NCBI RefSeq assembly: GCF_001194135.2
Contig: NC_068983.1
Coordinates: forward strand, 59,664,508 to 59,728,507
Direction: 5' to 3'
Origin: Octopus bimaculoides
Lineage: Eukaryota
Length of the DNA: 64,000 nt
Shown here: positions 13,721 through 26,738 of the stretch, piece after piece
How positions within the stretch are numbered: the stretch's first letter is position 1
Layout of the letters: each line of letters opens with the position of its first letter
Made by a program: the position numbers and the translations under genes
The notes under the pieces: generated by a model
Databases searched by the model: none
Seen by the model: only the letters and a program-made list of their open reading frames with translations
Told to the model about the DNA's origin: nothing

Positions 13721-14879
13721 ATAAAGGAGGCAAAAGACTACTTCAAAAATAAACATTCTGTTGGTATCCCTTATTTTTGGCAGAATTTGAACTGAAATCA
13801 AAGCAAAATATTTAGATAATTGTTTCAAGTTAGCAAACAAGATATTTACTCAATTCTCTTAAAGTACTAAGCTATAAATTTGCACTCACACACAGTCTTA
13901 AACCTTTTTCTTATTACATATTATAGATTTTACTCCCTTTCTGTTGTGGAAGACCTTGATTCAATAAATAACCGACCTTCTGGAGTGCAAAATTGATTAT
14001 TTCTATACTATATCTATCTTTATATTTATATATTTCACTTCCTTTTCTATCTGTTTGTACTTCTGCTTTTATTCCTTTTTTATTTCTCCCATCTTCTTGA
14101 AAACATGTATATTACAAAAGCAGTATTTCTTTGCTATGATATATTATTTGTCTAGTCACAACATCTCAACATTCTAGACACTATATTCTGTTGAATAGTG
14201 CATTGCCATTCCACATATTGTGCAACTTCTTATATTTATTACATATGTAGCTTTAGCTATAAAATCCAACTTAACATTTATAATTTCTTGTACTGTATGC
14301 ACATAGAATATTAAGTGTTGTCTGACTCACAAGTTATTGCGATAATTACTAATGTAACTGACCATCTATGAAGTAATAACTATATTTCATCTTCATATGA
14401 CATTTATCGAAGTATATCAACATTCTGTTATTTAATCAGGATATTTGCTATTAAATCAACATACTGCATTCCTTAAAGCTTCTGGAATGCTTTACTTGCC
14501 ATAAATATTCTCGCCCAATTTCTTGTTATTTTTATTTTTCCTTAAAATAATATCATTTAGAAAAATGCTATAAGGTATTTTCTGTTTTATTTTTCTGTCA
14601 ATTATATTACTTTAATTTGCAAAGGCATATTTCCTCCATTAGACAGAAATTTGATAAAATTGAGGACTATATATTTGGTAACTGAAAAATCTATTTTGTT
14701 TGAACAGATATAAATACAAGAAGATTGGAGTTTGCTTCAGTTACTTTAGATTAGAATGAAGGATTCTGTTGTAGAAAATAATTCTTTGGTTTGATATTTC
14801 ATCCATTTTTTCCTTTCATATGCATAAATTTTTTATTCACCCTCACCATACACTCACTCCCCCTCCACTCATTTACTCA

Positions 14880-15140
14880 CAACCAGGCACATGTTGCTAT
14901 AGCTGCGGAATGTTCATGCCCAGTATGGGGTAGATCTTCACACACAAGATCTTTGGCTACTGTTTTCAATGAGACATGTTGACAATATAACTGGTTCTTT
15001 AGAATGAGATATACTGATATATAGCTAGTTGTCTCAAGCCCACTAACATTAATAATTTTTACCTCCTGGCTGGCATTGTTCTACCTGATATGGAGGGATG
15101 TTGCTAGCCAAGCTGTAAAACAAAAGCAGATGTTTGATGA
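14880..15140 (+). mobile_element. I-group-like (Ingi/Nimb-type) LINE fragment, post-RT region, degenerate
   Basis: Reads AIAAECSCPVWGRSSHTRSLATVFNETC..., resembling the AEYCAPVWxRSxHT...LNETxRxITG block of this group. Confidence 0.55.
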
Positions 15141-15214
15141 AAGTAATTCATTATATTTTTGTTATGGTCAGCCATTGTCAATCCACTGCTAACTGAATAT
15201 CTCACCATACTGTT

Positions 15215-15690
15215 GCCAATTTTTTCTTTTTTCTATTTTTTGATTTTGGTCTCCTGCTTGATATATCCTGTTGATGGTGGTCCAGTTTTTGCCAATTTCA
15301 TTATTCCATCTCTTTCAGGGTCTTCCTTGTTCTTTTTTTCCTACTATTGTTTGCCATTCTATGATGGTTTTTATTCAACAATTTTCTCTCTTTCTGAAGA
15401 TATGTCCTGTTCATGTTCATTTTTTCCCCTTTTTTACAATGATAAGATTATTGTCTACTTGCATCTGTTCTTTTTTACCAATTTTTTTTCTGTCCCTATA
15501 TGTTATGTTGAGCATTGATCTTTGCATTTTGTGTTGGCATCCTGCCAGTTTTCCCATCATCTCGGCTGTTAGGGTACATATTTCTAATCTGTAAATGACT
15601 GCTGGTGTTATGCATTGGTTTAGAATTTTTCTTTTGAGATAGGCTAGGATTTTTTCTATTCCATAATACTGCTATGCTTATTGAAAGAGT
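15215..15690 (-). mobile_element. RTE-clade LINE ORF2 C-terminal fragment, degenerate
   Basis: Minus strand KILNQCITPAVIYRLEICTLTAEMMGKLAGCQHKMQRSMLNITYRDRK...TGHI...GRP*KRWNNEI, a typical RTE post-RT motif series. Confidence 0.8.
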
Positions 15691-15839
15691 ACAAGCCAAA
15701 CATTAATCTCCCCTTTATTATTTCTCTTGATGTTTTTTCATGCTTCTTTTTTTCATGACAATCATCTTTGTCATTGTCATCATCATCATAAGTAACTAAT
15801 ATTTCAAATTATTTCTGGCAATTACAAGAGACAACTCAC

Positions 15840-15918
15840 CATAACTTCCATAGTTATTGTAATGCTACACTTCTGCTGATGAACTTCAAAATAGCAGGGT
15901 CATGTCCACAGTTGTCTC
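15840..15918 (-). other. Candidate antisense exon (79 nt, stops in all three frames)
   Basis: Acceptor tttttctaacaaatacag and donor ATG|gtgagt. No transcript evidence. Confidence 0.3.
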
Positions 15919-16348
15919 CTGTATTTGTTAGAAAAAGATAATAAAAAAAAAAAAAAATTTTTAATTTTTCTACCACATTTTATTGTTTTGGCTATATAAT
16001 ATTTCTTGAATCAAAAATACTGACACTTGCTTATTGTAGAAAATATAAAATTCATTGTAATAAGTGTCTAACTATTTTAAAAATAACATACCTGTATCAT
16101 TGAAATAGTAACCAGATTTGTTGTATCATCTCTCAGCTTGATTTAAGAAATTCTTAATTTCTTATCTCTTAGACACTTACTCTGTTGGGTTATATGCTGT
16201 GTGGTAGTTGTGTAGTTGTAGTCAAGGCTCTCCCTTAGTCGTGTGCATGCACACATTGTTTTAACAACTAGTCACAAGGAAAAAAAATGTGTGCACACAG
16301 GGTTTTGAAGATGAAATCGGATCTCTTTATTTGAAATTAGTTACTCAC

Positions 16349-16368
16349 TTGGATGTGCACATATTTTC
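16349..16368 (-). other. Candidate antisense 20-nt microexon
   Basis: Acceptor attttatctttcttag, exon GAAAATATGTGCACATCCAA, donor CAA|gtgagt. Confidence 0.3.
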
Positions 16369-16559
16369 CTAAGAAAGATAAAATCTGCTTGCACCCATAG
16401 CAAAAACTCATAGGAGACATTGATTGTGATAGAGATTACATTTACATTGAACTAAAATGAGCAGGAACAGCTTAGCTGGATCACTTTTTGCTTGCAAAAT
16501 TTTATAATTGTTTACAATAAATAGTAATTTTTAACAGTGACACTAATCCACATTCTGAT

Positions 16560-16720
16560 GAGAGTGTCATCAATTAAATCAAATCCAATGTCTTGACTGG
16601 TGCATAATTTATTAACCCTCAGAAGGATGAAAGACAAAGCAACCCCAGAAGGATGTGAACTCAGAATATAAAGGTCATAGCTAAATAACATAAATGTATT
16701 TTGTCTGATAATCTACTGAT
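16560..16720 (-). mobile_element. SINE family C fragment
   Basis: Contains gaaggatgaaagacaaagc...gaactcagaatataaag. Confidence 0.55.
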
Positions 16721-17171
16721 TAGTCTTATTAACCCAACCCAATAATTCAACTATCATAAATAAATTGGTTGAAATTTCATGATTTTTCTAAATGTGCCAC
16801 AAACCTCAAGAACACTTAGGATATAAGTTCATATCTGTCATACAAATGCCTGGATTGATAGTGGTATTAAGTCATAAAACAATATCACAGACAGGATTTC
16901 ATTATCTAAGTTTTTTAATTTTCCTTGATAAGTTATTGCACAAGTTGGATTGAAAAAATCTGTGATAATTCATCAAGCTGTCCAAATAAAGCAACTCTTT
17001 TGTTTTGTATCAATTATAGTAATTTAATATATTGAATATTATAATATAGCTGTTATCATGGGTTAATATGTACACTATTGTGTAATTTCTGGATAGATTT
17101 CTATAATATTGATAAACAATAGTATTACTATGCGTGTGTTTATATATGTATATAAATTTTATACATATGTA

Positions 17172-17226
<55 letters not shown>

Positions 17227-18092
17227 NNNNNNNNNNNNNNNNNNNNNNNNNNNNNNNNNNNNNNNNNNNNNNNNNNNNNNNNNNNNNNNNNNNNNNNNNN
17301 NNNNNNNNNNNNNNNNNNNNNNNNNNNNNNNNNNNNNNNNNNNNNNNNNNNNNNNNNNNNNNNNNNNNNNNNNNNNNNNNNNNNNNNNNNNNNNNNNNNN
17401 NNNNNNNNNNNNNNNNNNNNNNNNNNNNNNNNNNNNNNNNNNNNNNNNNNNNNNNNNNNNNNNNNNNNNNNNNNNNNNNNNNNNNNNNNNNNNNNNNNNN
17501 NNNNNNNNNNNNNNNNNNNNNNNNNNNNNNNNNNNNNNNNNNNNNNNNNNNNNNNNNNNNNNNNNNNNNNNNNNNNNNNNNNNNNNNNNNNNNNNNNNNN
17601 NNNNNNNNNNNNNNNNNNNNNNNNNNNNNNNNNNNNNNNNNNNNNNNNNNNNNNNNNNNNNNNNNNNNNNNNNNNNNNNNNNNNNNNNNNNNNNNNNNNN
17701 NNNNNNNNNNNNNNNNNNNNNNNNNNNNNNNNNNNNNNNNNNNNNNNNNNNNNNNNNNNNNNNNNNNNNNNNNNNNNNNNNNNNNNNNNNNNNNNNNNNN
17801 NNNNNNNNNNNNNNNNNNNNNNNNNNNNNNNNNNNNNNNNNNNNNNNNNNNNNNNNNNNNNNNNNNNNNNNNNNNNNNNNNNNNNNNNNNNNNNNNNNNN
17901 NNNNNNNNNNNNNNNNNNNNNNNNNNNNNNNNNNNNNNNNNNNNNNNNNNNNNNNNNNNNNNNNNNNNNNNNNNNNNNNNNNNNNNNNNNNNNNNNNNNN
18001 NNNNNNNNNNNNNNNNNNNNNNNNNNNNNNNNNNNNNNNNNNNNNNNNNNNNNNNNNNNNNNNNNNNNNNNNNNNNNNNNNNNNNNNNNNNN
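17227..18092. other. Assembly gap (largest of nine; others at 6351-6360, 21361-21538, 26234-26293, 37292-37424, 40135-40282, 43530-43663, 52155-52718, 53800-54194)
   Basis: N runs, most flanked by microsatellites or homopolymers. Confidence 1.
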
Positions 18093-18792
18093 ATATATAT
18101 ATATATATATACACACACAGTTATACTTACTTAAATCCTTCATTCTTTATGGACCATAGGTCATTGATGACTTTCCTTTTTTGTTCTCAACTCCAGGCTG
18201 TCTTTCCCTGAGTCAATGCCTTCCTCTTCTAGGTGTTATTGGTTTGAATTGTCATTGATGCTTCTGTGACATAACTTTTTTTTCTTGACAGGGGTTGTTC
18301 GGATCCATGCAAGTTAATTTTTTTAAACTCTGAGAAGAGGTGGTCCATATTAGTTTATATATAGACCAGCATAAGAGGCCCTTCCAAGAGCTTGCACTCT
18401 GTTGGCATAGCTCTTAGAATCATTTGAGGCACACAAGTTACCACACTGCAAAAAGGACTGAACCTTATTGTGAATGTATGATTTCAGCCATACTATAACC
18501 ATATGAGTGGATTAGGTTGATGAAAGCTGAAATGCATTGCTTGTGTGTATGTGTGTGTGCATGTGCTCGTTTACATTGGTGTTCTTCAAAAGTTGAGAAC
18601 TATCTGTTTCCCCTGTGCTTTCAAAGACAAGTGAAATAAAAGATTTGTTACTTGAAAAGCAAATTTAGATTAAATACAGGAAGGACATCTGACTCTTAAA
18701 GAATGTCTCATCTAACCCATGATCACATGGTAATACAGATATAAAATGGAAAATCAAACATTTAATATATGTGTATGTATATACCCACATAT

Positions 18793-18870
<78 letters not shown>

Positions 18871-19872
18871 ATCTCGTTGTTTAAATTCTAAGCTCATAAA
18901 TACAAAAAAGAAAATTAATTATTATTAAAAGCCATTTATTTTCATTCTAAAACTCATTTGTTTCATAATTCTTTAGAAATTGCAAATATGTATTTTCCAA
19001 CTATAAATTTTAATGTATTTTTCTAGTATAAATTTTAATGTATTTTATAACTAAAATCCAAAATGATGCATTACAACATGCAATTTTTATTTTGACAATT
19101 CCATAATGGTATTGAATCATTCCATACCAGGTGTCTATAAAATCAGTCTGGAAGAAAACTAGCTTTTCGTTTACTGACGAAATCATGTCATTAATTTTTT
19201 ACTAAGTTTTGACAGTTGTTACTTCCAAACTATTCAAATGATTACTCAAAAATATTTCAGACATTTCATTATTTTCAATAAAAAACAAGTAACGCTTGCT
19301 AATGAATGTAAAACTCTTTGAGGTTCAGTACCATTTATGCATTATTATTAGACAGAAATTAAGTGATCAGTCTATTGATGGCCAAGTAATTGGTGCAACT
19401 TATCACAAATCAAAAAGATAATTTTCTTAAAATTGTTTCATTCATTTCTTTTTTTTTTTTGTTTTCATTTCTACTTCAGAAGACATTGCTGAATTTTTTT
19501 TTCTTTCTCTCTTATTTCTTACTTTGAAAATTGTCTTATTTAAAAAGTAAGTGTAAAGCAAAGTTGTTAAAGAAAGTCTCTGAGAGAAAGTAGTGTGATG
19601 TTCATAAAAGATCAAATATATTCTTGAACCATTATCTTCTTCAGTGAGAGATAATGGTTTGCCATTAGATTATGATCTAGACCATATAAATAGATAAAAC
19701 AAATTTAGTTTAGTCATTTTTTTTCTTTTTGCAGTGCTTAATTATGCAGTAACATAAGGAAACAACAAGCCTTTTGATATTTTGATAAAAATATTACTGT
19801 GTACATTTTGATAAATTCGTTGCTTTGGAATTTTTTATTTCCGTTTATACATTTTACGCATAAAAAAGAAAA

Positions 19873-19958
<86 letters not shown>

Positions 19959-20039
19959 GAAATTTTAGAGTTATAAATATTGTATGTAATTTAATGCTGT
20001 CTGGGCATCCAGTTCAGTCAACATGGTTTTCAGTGAATG

Positions 20040-20440
20040 TAGGTTTCTGTACTGAGTATGATGTTGTCTGAGTCTGCATTTATATGCAAGTGAGATATGG
20101 ACAATTATGAAGAAGAAAGAGTAGTGACTGGCTTTGGCATTGGGATCTATATCAAAATCCATGCTAGAAATGTCAGTGTGGGGAATATCTAAAACAGGGC
20201 AATTGGAGAAGTGAGTGGAGTATATAATGTGACCATGAAGTACCAAGAGCACTGGTTCTTCTGAGCCAAATGTATTTGAAGGCACACATACCACAAGTTG
20301 ATCTGTGTAGTTGTTGAGTGGTAGCTAAGAGATTGGAAAAGACTACTGGGGAGACAACAGAGTCAGACAATTCAGGCTCAAATGGAAGAGAAGGGTGCAA
20401 AATAAGCATGTGTTTATGGCAACATGGGAAGTAGGGAACC
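20040..20440 (+). mobile_element. Highly degenerate RTE LINE C-terminal fragment
   Basis: LHLYASEIWTIMKKKE resembles the RTE LLYGSETWT motif; multiple stops. Confidence 0.45.
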
Positions 20441-21310
20441 ACAGAAATGATAAATAGTTTACAGCACAAATGGAATCACTTTAAACTTCTTGCTGAAATA
20501 ATATTCAAAATGGTTTATAAGATTGGAAATATAATTTTGAAGTGTTCATGGTGTCATAGTGACAATCTGATCAAAGACTTAGCAATTAAAAAATGCAGGA
20601 GAAAACTTTTCAAATATAAAGTGGAAGTATACAACAGCAAACATTATTTTCTCTCTTACTGTTAGTTTTTGTCTCATTTTGCAAAATAAAGATTTATTTT
20701 ATGGTTTATAATTATTTATATTTTGAATTACATACATATGGGAGCACCAAAGTCTTAATTCAGCTCTGATTGTGACCAACAGTGTATAAAAGTATCTGAT
20801 AGTGTGGTCAAATAAAAATAATTACCTCAATCGAGCATAAATCGTTGATTAATAAGAAGTTAAATGATCTTCATGGTATTGTGTTAAGGATCTGAGTCTC
20901 AGCAGACAAACAAATCAGTAATAATACTGATGACACATATTTAATTTTGCTAATGGCAAACATTAGCATTTGTAAAACAAGTGTACAATATATCTATTGC
21001 TCTTTAAATGTGTGGTTTGCATTAATCAGTGAAGCCTGGTTTTACTTAATTTTATTTGCATTTGGTATAAACAAACATTCTGTAAGAACATTAAATATAG
21101 CATTACCTTCTTCGAAGGGATTTTAATTCTTTTAAGGAAGCAGTGTCTTATTCATTTTAAAGCTGACATTGCATATGTCTTGATTATTTCAAGGTTAGGT
21201 GGTGATTAAAATACCCATTCATTGTACTGAAATAATTCTGGAAGCCTTATATTATCTATCTATCTATTTGTCTGTTTGTCTGTCTGTCTAGCTGTCTGTC
21301 TGTTGTTCTG

Positions 21311-21351
<41 letters not shown>

Positions 21352-21538
21352 ATATATATANNNNNNNNNNNNNNNNNNNNNNNNNNNNNNNNNNNNNNNN
21401 NNNNNNNNNNNNNNNNNNNNNNNNNNNNNNNNNNNNNNNNNNNNNNNNNNNNNNNNNNNNNNNNNNNNNNNNNNNNNNNNNNNNNNNNNNNNNNNNNNNN
21501 NNNNNNNNNNNNNNNNNNNNNNNNNNNNNNNNNNNNNN

Positions 21539-21611
<73 letters not shown>

Positions 21612-21699
21612 CCATCCAACTATCTATTTGTCTATCTATCAATCTGTCTCTCTATCATTGTTTTAATGTTCACTTATAAATATAAGGTGCAAACATAGC

Positions 21700-22135
21700 T
21701 GGATGATTTAGAACTTCACTTCCCAGCTGCATAGTTTTGGGTCCAACTCCATTGCATGACCCCTTGGGCAAGTGTCTTCTACTATAGCTTCAAGTTTACC
21801 AAAGTTTTGTGAGTGAGTTTAGTATTATAGATTAAAACTGAAAGAAATCTTTTGTATTTGAATATGTGTGTATATATGTAGATATATGTAGGTAAATGTG
21901 AATGTATGTATCTGTATGTGACTGTCATTGTCTTAACATGGTTGTAAATGAGCACGGTCACCACACAATGAGAAGTGTCTTTCATTTCTAATCTGTGAAA
22001 ACATGTCAGGCCATGAGAAAGTATTGCTTGGAAACAGGTGAAGGTTAGTGACAGAAAGAGTACCTGGTCATAGAAAATCTACCTCAGCAAATTTCATCTG
22101 ACATATTCAAGAATAGAAAAGTAGATGTTAAAATA
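21700..22135 (+). mobile_element. tRNA-derived SINE (same type as 263-680)
   Basis: Head gggtccaactcc...ccttgggcaagtgtcttctactatagc and 3' module ggaaacaggtgaagg...gtagatgttaaaat. Confidence 0.75.
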
Positions 22136-22811
22136 GCAACAATGATGATGACAGTGATGATAATGGTGTTGCTGCTGGTGGTTTGCCATTGTGGTGGTGG
22201 TAATGATGGTGGTGTTGCTGCTGCTGCTGCTGTCAGTGGTTTATTGTTGTTGTGGTGGTGGTGGTGGTATTCTTGAATATTTATGTGTTACAGCTTCATT
22301 TTATTTCATGAAAGAAATGTATAAAGAAAGAAGCCCTGAAAATGCCAATGTGAATAGAATGAAAGTTCACTATTGAGCTTACATTTTCTATTTTAATTCA
22401 ATTCTGTTCCTACATTTATATGCACTAATACTTATCTAGGATATTGTCAAAATATTGTTACAAAGTAGTAAAATAGAAACAAAAAGCCCATTACGACCAT
22501 TTCTAATGTTCATCAATACCATACCATTGAATTCCCTGAAATCCTTGCTGTATAAAGATGATTTATATTTGAAAGAGTAATAAAAATGTACTGAAGGAAA
22601 ATGATTGTTTTGCACATAAATTAAATGATCAAATAAAAGATGAAAATCCTTATTCACTGCTAAGTAATAAATCTAGTTGCAAATATCTATTGCATTGTAC
22701 TAATACACATATGCATATGTGTATGTATATATGTATGTGTGCATATGTGTGTGCGTGTGCATGTATGTATGTGTTTATATGTACGTGTGTATGTGTCGGT
22801 ATGTTTGCATG

Positions 22812-22843
<32 letters not shown>

Positions 22844-23750
22844 TGTATTAGTCAGTCTTGTTGTTGTGTATTAAAATGTAAGGAAGTCTTTGAGATAACT
22901 GCAAGCATTGGATTTTACCATAATTCATTTGATGATAGAATATTTCCTTTTCATGTTAAATGATTGTGTTTATTTTGTAAGCTTGGACATCTACTCCAAT
23001 ACCTGAAGTAGAAGAAAGGCATATAAAATATTATTCAACGGTGTATATGTTTAATTTGGTGTTAAGCCTGATAAAGACAATGTGACTGAGATATACTTAG
23101 AGTGCACTAGCTTGTGTTATGTGTGTGTCCTTGCAAATTGGGTCCAGCAGTATTTCTCTCAATGAAATTTTTAAAAAAACTTCTGACCTGCCCTACTCTC
23201 CGACCCCTCACCTCTTTGTCAAGATCCCTCTCCATGCTAATTTATTGGTCCCTTCCTGTCTTTTTTTTTCACACCTGTCCATTGCTGCCACGTATAATGT
23301 TGAACAGCTATCAGTTCCCCCATACACAACCCTACCTGTCCTTTTTTCATCACTAATCATCTCTTTATTTTTCAACTCTGTCACTCTCCCCTGCTCCGTA
23401 CCATACTCCTCTGCCCCCCCCCTTTTACTTTTCTCTCATCCCTTTGCCTTGGATCATTGCCCTCTTTATCTTCTGTTCTTCCTAAATTATAGGGACTAAT
23501 TTAGGCCTTTAACCTTGCAACTTCTTTGGCAACCTAACTAGTGCAAGTGCTGGGTCTGATCTCCCACTGGGCAGTATCATGAGCAAGTGTCTTGGGTTGA
23601 CAAATACTTTGTGAGCAAATGCATAGCAAGAAAGTTTGTAGTGGGAGACAATTATCCTTGAGTGCAGGTGTAAGAGGGCATAAAATTTCCCTCGGTTTAT
23701 CATGTCTGTTAATGAAGGTAACAAAAGTGCCCATTTGTGTGTGTTTGTGT

Positions 23751-23782
<32 letters not shown>

Positions 23783-23819
23783 CTATCTTTCTAGCCATAT
23801 ATAATTAAAAAGCATTTGT

Positions 23820-23967
23820 ACACTTTGCTAAGTGGTTAGCATTAGGAAGGACATCCAGCTGTAGAAATCATGTCAAAGCAGACATAAAACCTGGCAGAGT
23901 CCTTTGGTTTGCCTGCTCTTGTCAAACCATCCAACCCATGCTTGCATGGAAAAAGGGGGGACATTAA

Positions 23968-23999
<32 letters not shown>

Positions 24000-24000
24000 C
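23820..24000 (+). mobile_element. Family D 3' module with (ATG)n tail
   Basis: aggaaggacatccagctgtagaaa...ccaacccatgcttgcatggaaa...atgatgatg. Confidence 0.75.
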
Positions 24001-25427
24001 AAGCATCATCTGAAGGTAGTTTTGCATTTGCAGATTATATTTTGAAATATTATCAGAAATTTGATCAGAAATAACAGCCTGAAGAAAAAGATATCTCAAA
24101 ATAATTAAGACAACTGGTTTAAGTCTCCATTTGTTTCTTTTTTAATAGTTAAGAAACAGACAAGGGAATTTCTGAGGTCAAACAACAAGAAGAATATTGC
24201 CTGAATCTTTTTTTTCATTAGGAAAAAATTACCTGGAAAGTGATATTGTAGTCATGAAAATTGCAATCATTAGGAAAAGAAAGCATTTTAAAAGTAGCTG
24301 AATTCTTTCATGAACTATATATGACAAAAGAGAATATATGTTTTTCTAATTCAATTCGCATTTACCTTTCATTGTAAGAGAGATAAATATGTAAATGATA
24401 AATTTTATTTTCATCGAGCTATTCATTTTACATCTACTTTTCCATTTGTTATGGGTTTGCATTTAGATGTTCTCATGTTTGCCATTGTGGAAAGGAAATG
24501 AAAAGTATTAACATAAACGTTTTAGACGAAATATGAAAGGTTTTCAAAAATTCCTAAGTAAAATTCAAAAGTAAAGATACGGAAGTCTGTCAGAGAGCAT
24601 TTTGCTGTTGGGTACATCAGTGCACTATTCTTAACCTTGCTATTAACAGAATGAATTTTATTAATAAAATAGAAGGACAAAATGTTAACCACTGCTGCCA
24701 CCACACAAAATATCAATAAAAGCATGGTGAACTGGATAGTAAATAGATATTAAGTGGACGTTAAAATGGCAAGTAAACAATAAATGAACATAAGCCATGA
24801 AAACAGTGGCATTCTTTCGAAAACAACCTGTTCCTTTTGAATCAATAATTGAACTGTGTCCAAAGAGACCATTAGTAAGATGCACATATTTTTCTCTGGG
24901 TATTACTTAGTTATTACAAATAAAATTGCTACAATATAAATTATATTTACCCTTTAGTCACGGAAATAACATCAAAATCATATATGTAGGTATATATATT
25001 TCTTCTACAATTGTAGTTTTGGCTTTGGCTTCAATTGTAGATCTTAAAGTAAGAACTGTTTCCTATTACTCCATAACATTTTCACTGATATAAGTAATTT
25101 AGAAATTATCTTGAATATCTTCATCTTTCTTTGTAAATAATTTATAACACTATATTCTATTTTAATCTCCCATTGTTATATCTATGACAGAGAAATTAAT
25201 GAGACTGCATTAATTAGTCAGATCAGCAATCCTGTCTATTTTTACCAAACCCTGTTGCATCAAAACCTTTCCTCTATTTTTGTGTAACAGAGAAATTAGG
25301 CATTTAACTCTTTTGTTACCATATTTCAGTTGAAATACACAGCAGTTTCTCAATTTTGAAGACAATGAAGAATTTAATAAAATACCTTTGTTATGATATC
25401 AATCTGATGTTTTCTCCTCTGTTTATT

Positions 25428-25458
<31 letters not shown>

Positions 25459-25479
25459 AACATACATAGATATATATTT

Positions 25480-25636
25480 GTGTGGTTAAGAAGTTCACTT
25501 CCCAAACACATAATCTGGGTTTCGGTCCCATTGCATAGTACCTTGATCAAGTGTCTTCTACAATAGCTCTGGACTGACCAATGCTGTCAAAGCCTTGTGA
25601 GTGAAATTGATAGATGAAAACTGAAAGAAGCCTGTC

Positions 25637-25674
<38 letters not shown>

Positions 25675-25925
25675 ATTAGTGTTTTCTTGTCATCATGTGA
25701 TAATCATAAATGAGCAGCACTGTCATACAGGCAACGTCCTTTAGTTCCAATCTTCCACGAAAAAAACATGTCTGGCCATGGGAAAATATTACCTTACTTG
25801 AAAACAAGTAAGGGTTGACAACAGGAAAGGCATCCAGCTGTAGAAAATATACTTCAATTGAGTGTGTCTAGTACATGTGACTATGGTAAAGCAGATGCTA
25901 AAATAATTGTGATGACTATGATGCT
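25480..25925 (+). mobile_element. tRNA-derived SINE (same type as 263-680)
   Basis: gtgtggttaagaag...gggtttcggtccc head and ggaagggcatccagctgtagaaa 3' module. Confidence 0.75.
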
Positions 25926-26059
25926 ATACATATCAGTGGTGGCATTGGATGAGAAACATCTGGTTCCATTAGAATTAGAATTTCACTATTAAATGATGTG
26001 TGTAGCTTCATTACACTACATATTTTGTTTAGAAAGTTATTCTAGATGATATAATGTGC

Positions 26060-26335
26060 TGAGCTGGCAGAATTGTTAACATGCCAGACAAAATGCTTAG
26101 TAGCATTTCGTCTGTCTTCACATTCTGGGTTGAAATTCTGCTGAAGCTGACTTTGCCTTTCATCCTTTGAGGGTCGATAAAATAAGCACCAGTTGAGGAC
26201 TGGGATTGATGTAATCGATTTCTCCCCCCCCCCNNNNNNNNNNNNNNNNNNNNNNNNNNNNNNNNNNNNNNNNNNNNNNNNNNNNNNNNNNNNCCCCCAA
26301 ACTTGCTGGCCTTACATTAAAATTTGAAATCGATA
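26060..26335 (+). mobile_element. SINE family C (interrupted by a gap)
   Basis: gagctggcagaattgttaac...ttgaaattctgctgaagctgactttgcctttcatcctttgagggtcgataaaataagcacc. Confidence 0.8.
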
Positions 26336-26656
26336 TTAGATAATATAATATATAAAACTATTGAATTGCAACAGTATGCAGACATGCCCAGTTATGATAA
26401 TAGAATACAGAAGTGTTCTTATAAATCAAATTATATTTTGCTAATTAATGTTGCCAAAAAAAGAATAATAATGATTAATCAATGATTTTTTATTTTTTTT
26501 TAATTTCTTGTTTTGTTTTAGACATTTTAGACATATACATGTGTGATATTGTTAACAAAGTGTTATCTATTGCTGACATTGTATTTTTGTTAATTGCATT
26601 TGAATAATTTGTTTACTATATACTAGTTCTTATCATTTTTTTATTATTTTTTACAG

Positions 26657-26738
26657 AGTACAACACTGGGCTAAGGATCTGGGTGACAAATTGTACAGTT
26701 TTAGTAACAAAGTGACAATGTTGAATGATATAAGTAAG
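26657..26738 (+). CDS. CACNA2D: Internal exon (exon 2 equivalent) of a voltage-gated calcium channel alpha2-delta subunit gene
   Basis: Strong acceptor ttattattttttacag; phase 2 to phase 0; 82 nt; donor AAG|gttggt. Translation VQHWAKDLGDKLYSFSNKVTMLNDISK resembles the alpha2-delta N-terminus (Drosophila stj VHSWADKLGMEL, CACNA2D3 VKLWASAFGGEI). As recalled, length and phases match vertebrate CACNA2D exon 2. Family-level call only. Confidence 0.85.

Noticed and set aside
15159-15594. 119-aa and 107-aa hydrophobic + strand ORFs
   Set aside because: They are antisense shadows of the purine-rich RTE fragment on the minus strand.
15857-15918. In-frame TGA in RQLWT*PCYF read as selenocysteine
   Set aside because: It matches no known selenoprotein motif, no SECIS was seen, and the exon itself is unproven.
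17010-18211. Long ORFs of 300+ aa (also those at 51918-54348)
   Set aside because: They are open only because they run through N gaps and (TA)n repeats.
24380-24900. Hydrophobic stretches considered as the CACNA2D signal-peptide exon
   Set aside because: All hit stop codons or lack a phase-2 donor.
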